From: Rickettsia typhi | Lineage (GTDB): Bacteria > Pseudomonadota > Alphaproteobacteria > Rickettsiales > UBA1997 | Assembly: GCA_945900795.1 (NCBI GenBank) | Contig: CAMDJN010000002.1 | Span: 1 to 58,404, forward strand | Length of the DNA: 58,404 bases | Direction of reading: 5' to 3' | In this document: positions 28,965 to 37,787 of the stretch, piece after piece | Layout: every line of letters begins with the position of its first letter | Numbering within the stretch: position 1 is the stretch's first letter | Translations under genes and position numbers: made by a program | The notes under the pieces: generated by a model | Database searches by the model: none | What the model saw: the letters and a program-made list of their open reading frames with translations, nothing else | What the model was told of the DNA's origin: nothing

Positions 28965-30746
28965 ATGACAGACGAATCCCACACTAACGCAGTAGCACAA
29001 GAAAATCACTCCGCCGACACTAAGGACACCGTTAAGGCCGCCGCTAAGGAAGTGGTGCAAGAAAATCCGTTTGCGCAAGAAAATTTTGCTGAACTATTCG
29101 AAGAGTACGAAAAAGATAGTCAGCGCCTCATTGAAGGTACGGTTGTAAAGGGAGTTGTCGTAGGAATTTCTGACAAGGGCGTTGCCATTGATATCGGAGC
29201 AAAATCTGTCGGTTTCATTGATATCATTGAATTCAAAAGAGATGGCGAAATCGAAGAGGGAGATGTTGTTGATGTATTTTTGGAAAAGTTAGAAAATAAA
29301 AGAGGCGAGCTGTTAATCAGTCGTGACAACGCCAGAAGGTACAATAGTTGGCACTACCTTAAAAATTGCCTCGAAGATAAAACGAGCGTTGAAGGTAAAG
29401 TGATCGGTAAGGTCAAAGGTGGTTACGCGGTTGATGTGACTGGCATCACTTGTTTCTTGCCAAGAAGTCAAGTTGATACCGTTCTGCTCACCGACGATAG
29501 TTTCCTCGTGAATAAAATAGAAAAACTTCAGGTCCTAAAGATCGATGATTTCCGTGGAAATGTCGTGGTATCTAGAAGGGCGATTCTTGAAAATCAGCGC
29601 AGCGCAGAAAAAGAGAAAGCCTTGGCTACAATGAGAATTGGCGATATTCTAGATGGTATGGTTAAAAACATTACCGACTACGGAGCCTTCATCGATTTCG
29701 GTAGTTTTGACGGTCTGCTTCACCTCACCGATATCTCTTGGTGTCGTGTCAAACATCCTTCAGAGGCGCTAAAAATCGGCCAACAAGTTAAAGTGCAAGT
29801 CATCAAATATGATTTGGACAGTAAGCGTGTGTCCCTGGGCATGAAGCAATTGCAGCAAAATCCTTGGGAATCAATCTCGCAAAGATATCCTGTCGGCGCA
29901 ATAGCGAAGGGCAAAGTAACTAACGTTACTAGTTATGGCGCTTTTGTTGAGATCGAGCAAGGAATCGAAGGGCTGGTTCACGTATCTGAAATGAGCTGGC
30001 TCAAAAATAATTCTATGCCGAGCAAGATAGTCGCCCCTGGTCAAGAAGTTGAAGTGATGGTGCTGGATATTGATTCAAGCAGTCATCGCATTTCTCTTGG
30101 CATGAAACAGTGTGAGAAAAATCCTTGGCAGAATTTTGCCGAGAAGCATCAGGTTGGTGATATCGTGGAAGGTATCGTAAAGAACTTTACCGAATTCGGC
30201 TTGTTTGTAGGATTTGACAGTGGAGTTGATGGGTTGGTGCATATTTCGGATGCGGCAAAGGACAATCCGTCTTCAGAAATTCTTAAGCAGTTCAAGAAGG
30301 ATGACAAAATCAAGGTTGTTGTTTTGGGCAGCAATTACGAGAAAGAGCGCATCAGTCTTGGCGTTAGACAGCTGAATAATCCTAATTTCAAAAGTGATAT
30401 CGGAAAAATTGAAACCGGCGCTACCGTTTCATGCGTTGTGGTTAATGTGAAAAAAGATTTCCTCGAAGTTGAGCTTGATCTTGGTTTGAAGGCTATCATC
30501 AAGAGACTTGATTTGTCCAAAAACAAGCAAGATCAAAGAACTGAAAAGTTTGAAGTTGGGGATAGAGTTGAAGCCAAGGTTGTTCTATTTAACAATGTGA
30601 GCGGCAAGTTGCTGCTGTCGATTAAAGATTTAGAATCAGACGAGCAAGGTGCGCACATTTACTCGGATGCCGACAGCAAGGCCACAATTGGTAGTATTGC
30701 TGGCGATATTCTGAGCTCTTTCGCTACAGAAAATCAGCAAGAATAA
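28965..30746 (+). CDS. rpsA: 30S ribosomal protein S1
   Basis: 593 aa with six S1 OB-fold repeats (recurring G.V..V..FGAFV.. pattern). Confidence 0.9.
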   Translation: MTDESHTNAVAQENHSADTKDTVKAAAKEVVQENPFAQENFAELFEEYEKDSQRLIEGTVVKGVVVGISDKGVAIDIGAKSVGFIDIIEFKRDGEIEEGDVVDVFLEKLENKRGELLISRDNARRYNSWHYLKNCLEDKTSVEGKVIGKVKGGYAVDVTGITCFLPRSQVDTVLLTDDSFLVNKIEKLQVLKIDDFRGNVVVSRRAILENQRSAEKEKALATMRIGDILDGMVKNITDYGAFIDFGSFDGLLHLTDISWCRVKHPSEALKIGQQVKVQVIKYDLDSKRVSLGMKQLQQNPWESISQRYPVGAIAKGKVTNVTSYGAFVEIEQGIEGLVHVSEMSWLKNNSMPSKIVAPGQEVEVMVLDIDSSSHRISLGMKQCEKNPWQNFAEKHQVGDIVEGIVKNFTEFGLFVGFDSGVDGLVHISDAAKDNPSSEILKQFKKDDKIKVVVLGSNYEKERISLGVRQLNNPNFKSDIGKIETGATVSCVVVNVKKDFLEVELDLGLKAIIKRLDLSKNKQDQRTEKFEVGDRVEAKVVLFNNVSGKLLLSIKDLESDEQGAHIYSDADSKATIGSIAGDILSSFATENQQE

Positions 30747-30759
30747 ATAATTCAATCGA

Positions 30760-31680
30760 ATGCCATCTCTGGACAATATTTCATCCTTGATTTACCTCAA
30801 AGATAAGGCTCGTAAGTGGAAAAATATCGCTATCCTCGTTGCTATTTTTTCATCGATGCTTTTTGCCAAACTTGTCTTTGGCAATAAATTGTCCGGAATG
30901 TTTTCTGGTGAAGATTGTATAGCAAATATTCGAATCAGCGGCGTAATATTTGAAGATGATTTTCGCAGTAAAATCCTAAAACAAATAGCTGCAGAAAAAT
31001 CCATCAAAGCGCTTATCGTCAATATCGACAGTCCGGGCGGAGGTATCGTTGGCAGCGAAATTCTTTTTAATAATTTGAGGGAAATCGCTGACAACAAGCC
31101 TGTTGTTGCGGTAATGGAATCTGTTGCGGCCTCCGGCGCTTATATGGCCGCCATCGCCGCTGATTACATCGTGGCACATAACGGAACCATCACCGGCTCA
31201 ATCGGCGTCATTATGGAATTGCCCGAAGTTACGGAGCTGGCAGATAAGCTCGGTATTAAAGTTAATGCGTACAAATCATCTCCAATCAAGGGCAGTCCAT
31301 CTCCGTTTGAAAAGTCAAACGTTGCGGTTGACAACATCGTCAATGCATCAATCGCTGACAGCCATCTGTTCTTTACTGAATTAGTGAAAGCAAGAAGAGG
31401 GGACAAGCTCGATGTCAAAGCCCACGCCGTTATTTTTGATGGTAGAATTTTTACCGGTAGACAGGCTTTGCGTGTTGGATTAGTTGACAAGGTTGGCAGT
31501 GAGCGTGATGCGATTTCTTATTTGTCAGAAAACAAAATCGATACCAAGTTGCCAATAAAAGATATTGAAATTGTTGAGAGGGAGAAAAAATTCTTTGAGA
31601 AATTTTTTAGTTTCCTACCATTCTTTGATTTGGCCAAGGGTGGCATTACCGGTTCTGGAATTATGGCCGTAATGCGATAA
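30760..31680 (+). CDS. sppA: Signal peptide peptidase SppA (36K type)
   Basis: 306 aa with an N-terminal TM helix and DSPGGG and AASGAYM motifs. Confidence 0.8.
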   Translation: MPSLDNISSLIYLKDKARKWKNIAILVAIFSSMLFAKLVFGNKLSGMFSGEDCIANIRISGVIFEDDFRSKILKQIAAEKSIKALIVNIDSPGGGIVGSEILFNNLREIADNKPVVAVMESVAASGAYMAAIAADYIVAHNGTITGSIGVIMELPEVTELADKLGIKVNAYKSSPIKGSPSPFEKSNVAVDNIVNASIADSHLFFTELVKARRGDKLDVKAHAVIFDGRIFTGRQALRVGLVDKVGSERDAISYLSENKIDTKLPIKDIEIVEREKKFFEKFFSFLPFFDLAKGGITGSGIMAVMR

Positions 31681-31682
31681 TA

Positions 31683-31827
31683 TATACCAAACACAATTGA
31701 AGATACCGAACTCTGTTTGGTATATTGGGGTTCCCCCCAAGTTGTTTAATCTTTGGGGGGCGTCGCGAGTGCGACGTAAAAAATAAAAAATTATACCCGA
31801 TCAACTTCTTGAAGTTGGTTGGGTATA
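31683..31827 (+). repeat. Modular palindromic repeat, copy 2
   Basis: Starts 3 nt after the sppA stop codon and carries modules A, B and C. Confidence 0.9.
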
Positions 31828-31969
31828 GAGAGGTTGAAGCCTTCCCGGCCTTCATCTCAGAATGGTTGAAGGTTTTTGCGTTTGCTATTTTAAATCGCCT
31901 TTTTAGGTTCCCCGAGCTCTACGGCCTTGTGGCAGTTGCTTTAAGTTTTTACTAACCAATACAAATTTT

Positions 31970-32212
31970 ATGACTAACAACAGTGAGATTTTTGAAAGAG
32001 TGAAAAAAATCATTATCAATCATCTTGGTGCGGAAGAATCGAAAGTGACCGAAGTGGCAAATTTTATCGATGATTTAGGAGCCGACAGTCTTGACCAGGT
32101 TGAATTGGTTATGGCTTTTGAGGAAGAATTCGGAATTGAAATTCCGGATGACGCAGCAGAAAAAATTACCACCGTTGGCAGCGCAGTGAAATACATCACT
32201 GAAAACATGTAG
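31970..32212 (+). CDS. acpP: Acyl carrier protein
   Basis: 80 aa with the [25 protein letters not shown] phosphopantetheine-site motif. Confidence 0.95.
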   Translation: MTNNSEIFERVKKIIINHLGAEESKVTEVANFIDDLGADSLDQVELVMAFEEEFGIEIPDDAAEKITTVGSAVKYITENM

Positions 32213-32231
32213 CATCGCGCCTTGTCTTGTG

Positions 32232-32278
32232 ACCCGCTAAATGACTGAGTTCAGTCATGTCATTTAGCGGGTTTTTTG
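32232..32278 (+). terminator. Rho-independent terminator of acpP; its 3' arm overlaps the last codons of convergent ggt
   Basis: ACCCGCTAAATGAC (32232-32245) pairs with GTCATTTAGCGGGT (32259-32272), followed by TTTTTT. Confidence 0.75.
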
Positions 32279-34074
32279 TTGTCCCCGATAGCGGCACCCT
32301 CTTTTCTTGGATCCGCACCTCCATTGATTGTAATCACCCTACCTTTTGAGTCGCGTTTGATCGTTATCGCGTGAATTCCGCTTACGAGACTAATCTTTTT
32401 AGTCTTGTGCCCCATGGATTCAAGATCCTCTACGGTTGTATCTTGTATGCCGCGATTCTTTTCCAATTCGACCACTTCATTAAGAAAAACAAAATTTGGC
32501 AGCGCAATTGCTTGCTGAATGTCCAAGCCGAAATCGAGATATCCGATAATGGTTTTGGCAACGAACTGGATGATGCGGGGCCCTCCTGGAGACCCGACAA
32601 CCATAATCAAATTACCACTCTCATCAAAAATAAATGTTGGAGACATCGAGCTGCGTGGCCTTTTATTTGGTCCGACACGATTCGCAACTTTCTTGCCATC
32701 AATTTCCGGGACGAACGAAAAATCCGTAAGCTGGTTATTAAGCAAAATTCCGTCAACCGACAAAGCCGATCCAAAAAAATATTCAATTGAACTTGTAAGC
32801 GAAACGGCGTTACCGAATTTATCAATAACAGAAATATGCGTAGTTGATGGCGGTTCAACGCTAGAAATGTCATTGGTAAGGTCATGCGGAATGTCGAACT
32901 TGCCAGGTTCTGCAGTTTGCATAAGGCGAGTTTGGCTAATTAGTGAAGCGCGATGTTTAAGATATTTTTTATCAAGCATCTGAGCGATCGGAACGTCGGA
33001 AATGTCCGCAACATATTTGCCGCGATCTGCGTAAGCAAGGCGGGCCGCTTCTGCGAATAGATGAATAAAGTCTGAAGAGGTTGGTTTGATTTCGTGTAAG
33101 TCGAAATTTTCCAGAATACCAAGAATTTGCAAAAGAGTAACACCTCCTGATGGGAGTGGCATTGTGCAGATTTTATACTTGGTACGATATTTGGCGCAAA
33201 GCAAATCACCATTTCTTGCTTGATAGTTTTGCATATCTCCAAGCGTTAATAATCCGGGATTTATTTTTGAATTTTGAACTGCGCTTACAATGTCTTGCGC
33301 TATCTTGCCGTTGTAAAAAGAGTCGCTATTGGAGTTGGCGATTATCTCGAATGTTTCAGCCAATTTTGGATTTCTGATTACATCCCCAACATTTCTGCTT
33401 TGCTTGTTATCGTCGAGATAAATTTCTGCAGTTTCATCGAAGTCTTTTAGGTAAGGAATCATCGACAATATTTGAAACCGATTATTGACTTTGAATCCAT
33501 CCTTAGCGGCAGCTATTGCTGGTTCGAATAGTTTTTTCCATGGTAATTTTCCATGCTGTTTGTGAGCTGTTTCTAAGGCCTTTAATAGTCCGGGAGTGCC
33601 AACCGACAAGCCCCCCTTCACGCAGTCAAAAAATGGCCTAGCAAAAAATGGCCTAGCAAAAAACGACCCGGTATTTCCTTTTTTGTCCAAGAACAATTCT
33701 TCGTTAGCATTGGAGGGGGAGGTTTCTCTTCCATCAAAAAACATTGCCTTCTTTTTTTTGGCGTCGAAATAAATCAAAAATCCTCCGCCGCCGATACCGG
33801 AAGAATGGGGCTCTACAACGTTTAGGACTAGCTGAGCCGCGATCGCTGCATCAACGGCATTTCCTCCATTTTTTAATATTGTAGCTCCCGCCATGCTTGC
33901 CAGCTTACTGGCCGATGAGATCATGTATTTTTCTCCGGTGACAATCGCAACGTCACGAAAACCTGAATCAACCTCTCCGGTCCAATTATCGGAGAGGTGG
34001 GTAGATTTGTTGGTGTAGCTTGTGCATGCGGCGAGGTAAAGGAGCAGCAGTAAGGATATAATTTTTTTTGGCAT
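32260..34074 (-). CDS. ggt: Gamma-glutamyltranspeptidase (lipoprotein)
   Basis: 604 aa with lipobox LLYLAAC and the autoprocessing-site Thr in PPSTTHISVID. Contains an in-frame 15-bp tandem duplication. Confidence 0.85.
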   Translation of the reverse strand: MPKKIISLLLLLYLAACTSYTNKSTHLSDNWTGEVDSGFRDVAIVTGEKYMISSASKLASMAGATILKNGGNAVDAAIAAQLVLNVVEPHSSGIGGGGFLIYFDAKKKKAMFFDGRETSPSNANEELFLDKKGNTGSFFARPFFARPFFDCVKGGLSVGTPGLLKALETAHKQHGKLPWKKLFEPAIAAAKDGFKVNNRFQILSMIPYLKDFDETAEIYLDDNKQSRNVGDVIRNPKLAETFEIIANSNSDSFYNGKIAQDIVSAVQNSKINPGLLTLGDMQNYQARNGDLLCAKYRTKYKICTMPLPSGGVTLLQILGILENFDLHEIKPTSSDFIHLFAEAARLAYADRGKYVADISDVPIAQMLDKKYLKHRASLISQTRLMQTAEPGKFDIPHDLTNDISSVEPPSTTHISVIDKFGNAVSLTSSIEYFFGSALSVDGILLNNQLTDFSFVPEIDGKKVANRVGPNKRPRSSMSPTFIFDESGNLIMVVGSPGGPRIIQFVAKTIIGYLDFGLDIQQAIALPNFVFLNEVVELEKNRGIQDTTVEDLESMGHKTKKISLVSGIHAITIKRDSKGRVITINGGADPRKEGAAIGDNKKPAK

Positions 34075-34401
34075 AAGTATTTTGGCGTGGGATTTTGTGA
34101 GACATGCTCAACACTTAAGGAATCTTAGATGAGAACGAGCATGAGCGAAGCGAATCTCTAGGAAGATCAGTTTGCGAGTAGGTAAGCGTACTTAGCCTAA
34201 AAAAGTTTTAACCATCATCTTTGCAAAAAAAGAAGGCAAAAACATTTTTCCGATTATCTCAAATTCTATTTGTCAATTAAGATTCAGGTATGATTTTTGC
34301 AAAAAGTTTCATCGGGTTATTTTTTTATGTGTTCATCTTTATCTGGTGTGCCATTCAACGCTACGGCTTCAATGCTGCACATGCTCAATCAGCAATTTTA
34401 A

Positions 34402-34740
34402 ATGACAGAAACTGTTAGAATAAATTTCATATGTAAAGGCGAGAAGCAAGAATTTCTTGTGCCAATTGGAACGACGGTGCTTGAGGCTGCGCATAATAAT
34501 GGCATAGATTTAGAAGGCGCTTGCGAAGGTTCGCTCGCATGCTCGACATGTCACGTGGTTGTAGAAAAAAACTTTTTCGATTTATTAACATCTCCAAGCG
34601 AAGACGAAGAAGACATGCTTGATCTCGCATTTGGACTGACTCCAACTTCTAGATTAGGATGTCAGATCGTGATGACAAAAGAATTGGACGGCCTGACTTT
34701 AACCGTTCCAAGTGAGACACGTAACGTTTCCATAACTTAG
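34402..34740 (+). CDS. fdx: 2Fe-2S ferredoxin (adrenodoxin type)
   Basis: 112 aa with CEGSLACSTCHV and SRLGCQI motifs. Confidence 0.85.
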   Translation: MTETVRINFICKGEKQEFLVPIGTTVLEAAHNNGIDLEGACEGSLACSTCHVVVEKNFFDLLTSPSEDEEDMLDLAFGLTPTSRLGCQIVMTKELDGLTLTVPSETRNVSIT

Positions 34741-34775
34741 AGCCTGTATTCAATTCAATCAAACCAACCTATCTC

Positions 34776-36182
34776 ATGAGTAAGAAAGCGGGAATCAAAA
34801 TAATTGCATTAGTATCGTTACTGGCGGTGGCCTACAGCTTGTTCTGGTTCTTCAGAGTTGGGCAAGTAGAAAAGCAAATCAGTAATTTTGTAGCAGACAA
34901 TGCGCTTCACATATCGGCGGGAGAAATATCGACATCAGGCTTTCCGCTAACACAAAAAATAACGGTGAAAGATCTTAAATTTATGATTCCAAACGCCGTG
35001 CTAAATAAGCGTCAGGTTGTAGTGAAAGATTTAGAGCTCGTATCCGGCATTTTTTCTTCGGACTTTTCTGTAATGCTGCCTGGAATGGCAGTTACTTTGC
35101 AAGATTCTGACAATGCTATTTCTACGGTTGAATTCAGTAAAGAGCCGGAAGTTAAAATATCATTTTCAGGCAGCAGAGTTACAAATTTTCATTACCAAGA
35201 TTCCGGATATAGAATTCTTGACGTGGATAAGAGCGTGATCTACTCTGCCGCAAGTTCACTTTTTAGTTTTGAGTCTGTAGCAAATCCTGATAATAGTATT
35301 CTAGTTAAAATCACATCCGACATCAAAGACATCGAGAAGTTCAGTGTATCTGACATGTACAAAAATGCCTTAGAAAAAGTGGTGATAGACGGAATAAGAA
35401 CAGGAGAAATTTCTGTTGGAAGCGATTCTCTCGCGCTATCACAAGATCAAATATCCGCCACATCGATGCCAGTTGTTGCCGGGTCACCTGTCTCAACTTC
35501 AATCCCTTCAAATCCATCTCCTGCTAATAAGCTGGATTCGGAACTCGTGCAAAATTCCGTAATTGACATTGATGCTGAGAAAAAAAGAACAGAAGAAATA
35601 GCGATGATAGTAGCGAACAATGAGTTGGCCAAAAATAACTTTATTGCCAATGTTGAATATACGATCATCCCCGCTCAAACTGATCAGCACGTTCAGATAC
35701 CAACCGATCCTGCGCAAATTCAAAATCCTGCTCAGCTACAATATAGTGGCAAATCAATCAAGATTAGTCATTTGGAGTTTTCAAACCCACTTTACAAAAT
35801 TATTGTGAGCGGAGATGTCGCAACCTCAGCTGATGATAGCAAGCCATCCGGGACTATAAATTTGAAAATAGAAAATATTGGAAATCTTATTAGTTACATG
35901 TCCGCGTCTCTGAGTCAGATTGCTGATCAAAAGGGTGCCGCAATTGCGGCCGGCATTCAAACTGCCGATATGGATATCTCAAGCAATGGTATGTCAATGA
36001 CCAGTTCTTATCAAAAATTCTTGAAAAAAATCTCAACCAATCTTGACGCGACATGCAGAGAGTTAGCGGCTAAGAATTCTACCAGCACCGCTGAGATTTC
36101 TGAGTTTAATATCAAGAGAGAGAAGAATCTGGAGTTCTTGATCAACGATACTTCCGTGCGAGAAGTGATGGGAAAGTTTTAG
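34776..36182 (+). CDS. Membrane-anchored hypothetical protein, possibly DUF2125-like
   Basis: 468 aa with an N-terminal TM helix and an early SGFPL motif. The middle is a low-complexity S/P/Q-rich segment. The family assignment is from memory only. Confidence 0.4.
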   Translation: MSKKAGIKIIALVSLLAVAYSLFWFFRVGQVEKQISNFVADNALHISAGEISTSGFPLTQKITVKDLKFMIPNAVLNKRQVVVKDLELVSGIFSSDFSVMLPGMAVTLQDSDNAISTVEFSKEPEVKISFSGSRVTNFHYQDSGYRILDVDKSVIYSAASSLFSFESVANPDNSILVKITSDIKDIEKFSVSDMYKNALEKVVIDGIRTGEISVGSDSLALSQDQISATSMPVVAGSPVSTSIPSNPSPANKLDSELVQNSVIDIDAEKKRTEEIAMIVANNELAKNNFIANVEYTIIPAQTDQHVQIPTDPAQIQNPAQLQYSGKSIKISHLEFSNPLYKIIVSGDVATSADDSKPSGTINLKIENIGNLISYMSASLSQIADQKGAAIAAGIQTADMDISSNGMSMTSSYQKFLKKISTNLDATCRELAAKNSTSTAEISEFNIKREKNLEFLINDTSVREVMGKF

Positions 36183-36195
36183 TTATTGAAAATTC

Positions 36196-37098
36196 GTGAG
36201 TGACTTTGCGCAGCTAAAATTACGGGCAAAAATGCCGAGATATTTTCTCGAGTCCTTTTTTGTTCGTTTCGGATTATGGTTTTTTTATCTTTTTAATCCA
36301 CAAACCTCTTCTGACGTTGCTTCATTAATCGCGAGACTGGTTGGTAAAATGATTCCGGTTAACAAGCTAGCTTACCAAAATCTGAGTAATGCAATGCCTG
36401 GTCTTGCAGAAAGTGAGAAGAAGAAAATTCTTCACGACATGTGGGGCAATCTCGGACGCATCGTTGGGGAATATATACACATTGCAAAATTTTCTACCAA
36501 TCAGGTTGCCAATTTTGTTGAGATACCAGCAGCAACGTTAGGGAATATTGACCTGCTCAAACAAGGCAATGGTGGTGGTATTATTTTTTCAGGGCATCTT
36601 GGGAATTGGGAGGTTGGTCCAAAGATTTTACAATATTGTGGCCTAAATGTTAGTACAATATACCGCCCTCTCAACAACCCTTACGTAGAAAGAATGACCG
36701 CATCATTACGCGGTGTTAATTTAATAGAAAAAGGTTCTAAGGGAAGTCGTAAAATTATTGACATCATCAAAAGTGGTGGATTCGTTCTAGTATTGCTAGA
36801 TCAGAAGATCAGCGAAGGTGAGCCGGTAAAGTTTTTTCATGACGATGCCATTACGGCAACTTCGATTGCGCGCATGGCTTTGAAATATAAAATTCCTCTA
36901 GTGCCGGCCCGCGTGATTAGAATTGGTAATAAATTTTCCTTTCGTACCGAAATGGAAAAGCCCCTTCTATTCCACGGAAGTGGTGACATGAACTCTGACT
37001 CCATTAGCCTTACTCGCATCATTAATCTCAAATTAGAAGAGTGGATAAGGGAATATCCGTCGCAATGGTTCTGGGTTCATAATCGCTGGAAAAAGTAA
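36196..37098 (+). CDS. Lipid A late acyltransferase (LpxL/HtrB family)
   Basis: 300 aa with GHLGNWE (HX4E) and LLDQK motifs. Confidence 0.7.
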   Translation: MSDFAQLKLRAKMPRYFLESFFVRFGLWFFYLFNPQTSSDVASLIARLVGKMIPVNKLAYQNLSNAMPGLAESEKKKILHDMWGNLGRIVGEYIHIAKFSTNQVANFVEIPAATLGNIDLLKQGNGGGIIFSGHLGNWEVGPKILQYCGLNVSTIYRPLNNPYVERMTASLRGVNLIEKGSKGSRKIIDIIKSGGFVLVLLDQKISEGEPVKFFHDDAITATSIARMALKYKIPLVPARVIRIGNKFSFRTEMEKPLLFHGSGDMNSDSISLTRIINLKLEEWIREYPSQWFWVHNRWKK

Positions 37099-37193
37099 TC
37101 CACGACCTGCGGAATCTTTGTACACGATACTTGCTTTGTGCAAGATCTTTAGACGCTCTAAGTCCTAATAATTTTAACTCAATTCGCTCCGTA

Positions 37194-37673
37194 ATGAAAA
37201 TTCGTCACCTCGCGCCTTACCTTTTGATTTTGTTTTTACCATCTTGCGCAATGATGTTTAATAAGAAGGATGTTGAGGTTAGTATCAATAGCACACCTCC
37301 CGGAGCTGATATTTTTATCGAAGGGAAGCATTACGGCAGAACCCCTGCAACCATGCGAATTATCCCAAAAAACTATAGTGTGGTTTTGAGTAAAAATGGT
37401 TACGGCACAGCGCAGCTTCAGATGGAAGCGTGGGCAACGGTTAGAAGACAAAGTGGAGATCGCGGAAGATGTATCGCTGATGCTCTTGGAACTATGTTGT
37501 TGATACCATTCTATTCTGTTCAATATTCAGGCTATTGCCATGACTTCAAAGAAAAATCTTATTCCGCAGTAATCCCCTATTTTGGCCAAAATGCTGGAAT
37601 GATGGGCGGAAGCACGATGAGAGGTGTGGGACAGAGCCCATCCGACATGATAAATTATTATTATCATAAGTAG
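37194..37673 (+). CDS. PEGA-domain lipoprotein
   Basis: I prefer the ATG at 37194 (MKIRHLAPYLLILFLPSCA, lipobox LPSC). PEGA motif: INSTPPGADIFIEGKHYGRTP. Confidence 0.6.
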   Translation: MKIRHLAPYLLILFLPSCAMMFNKKDVEVSINSTPPGADIFIEGKHYGRTPATMRIIPKNYSVVLSKNGYGTAQLQMEAWATVRRQSGDRGRCIADALGTMLLIPFYSVQYSGYCHDFKEKSYSAVIPYFGQNAGMMGGSTMRGVGQSPSDMINYYYHK

Positions 37674-37787
37674 GTTGTGTTTTAACCTTCTACATCGCAG
37701 GAGAGGGGGTTTAATGGTGGGATGAGAGAGGGGTTTGTTTGGCTTTATTAGACTCTCCCCCCATATCGAAATTGCTCTGCCTAAACT

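Noticed and set aside
34290-34418. 42-aa hydrophobic small ORF (MIFAKSFIGLFFYVFIFIWCAIQ..) overlapping the fdx start
   Set aside because: It has only a weak RBS, no supporting feature and an AT-rich context prone to chance ORFs. I cannot support it from sequence alone.
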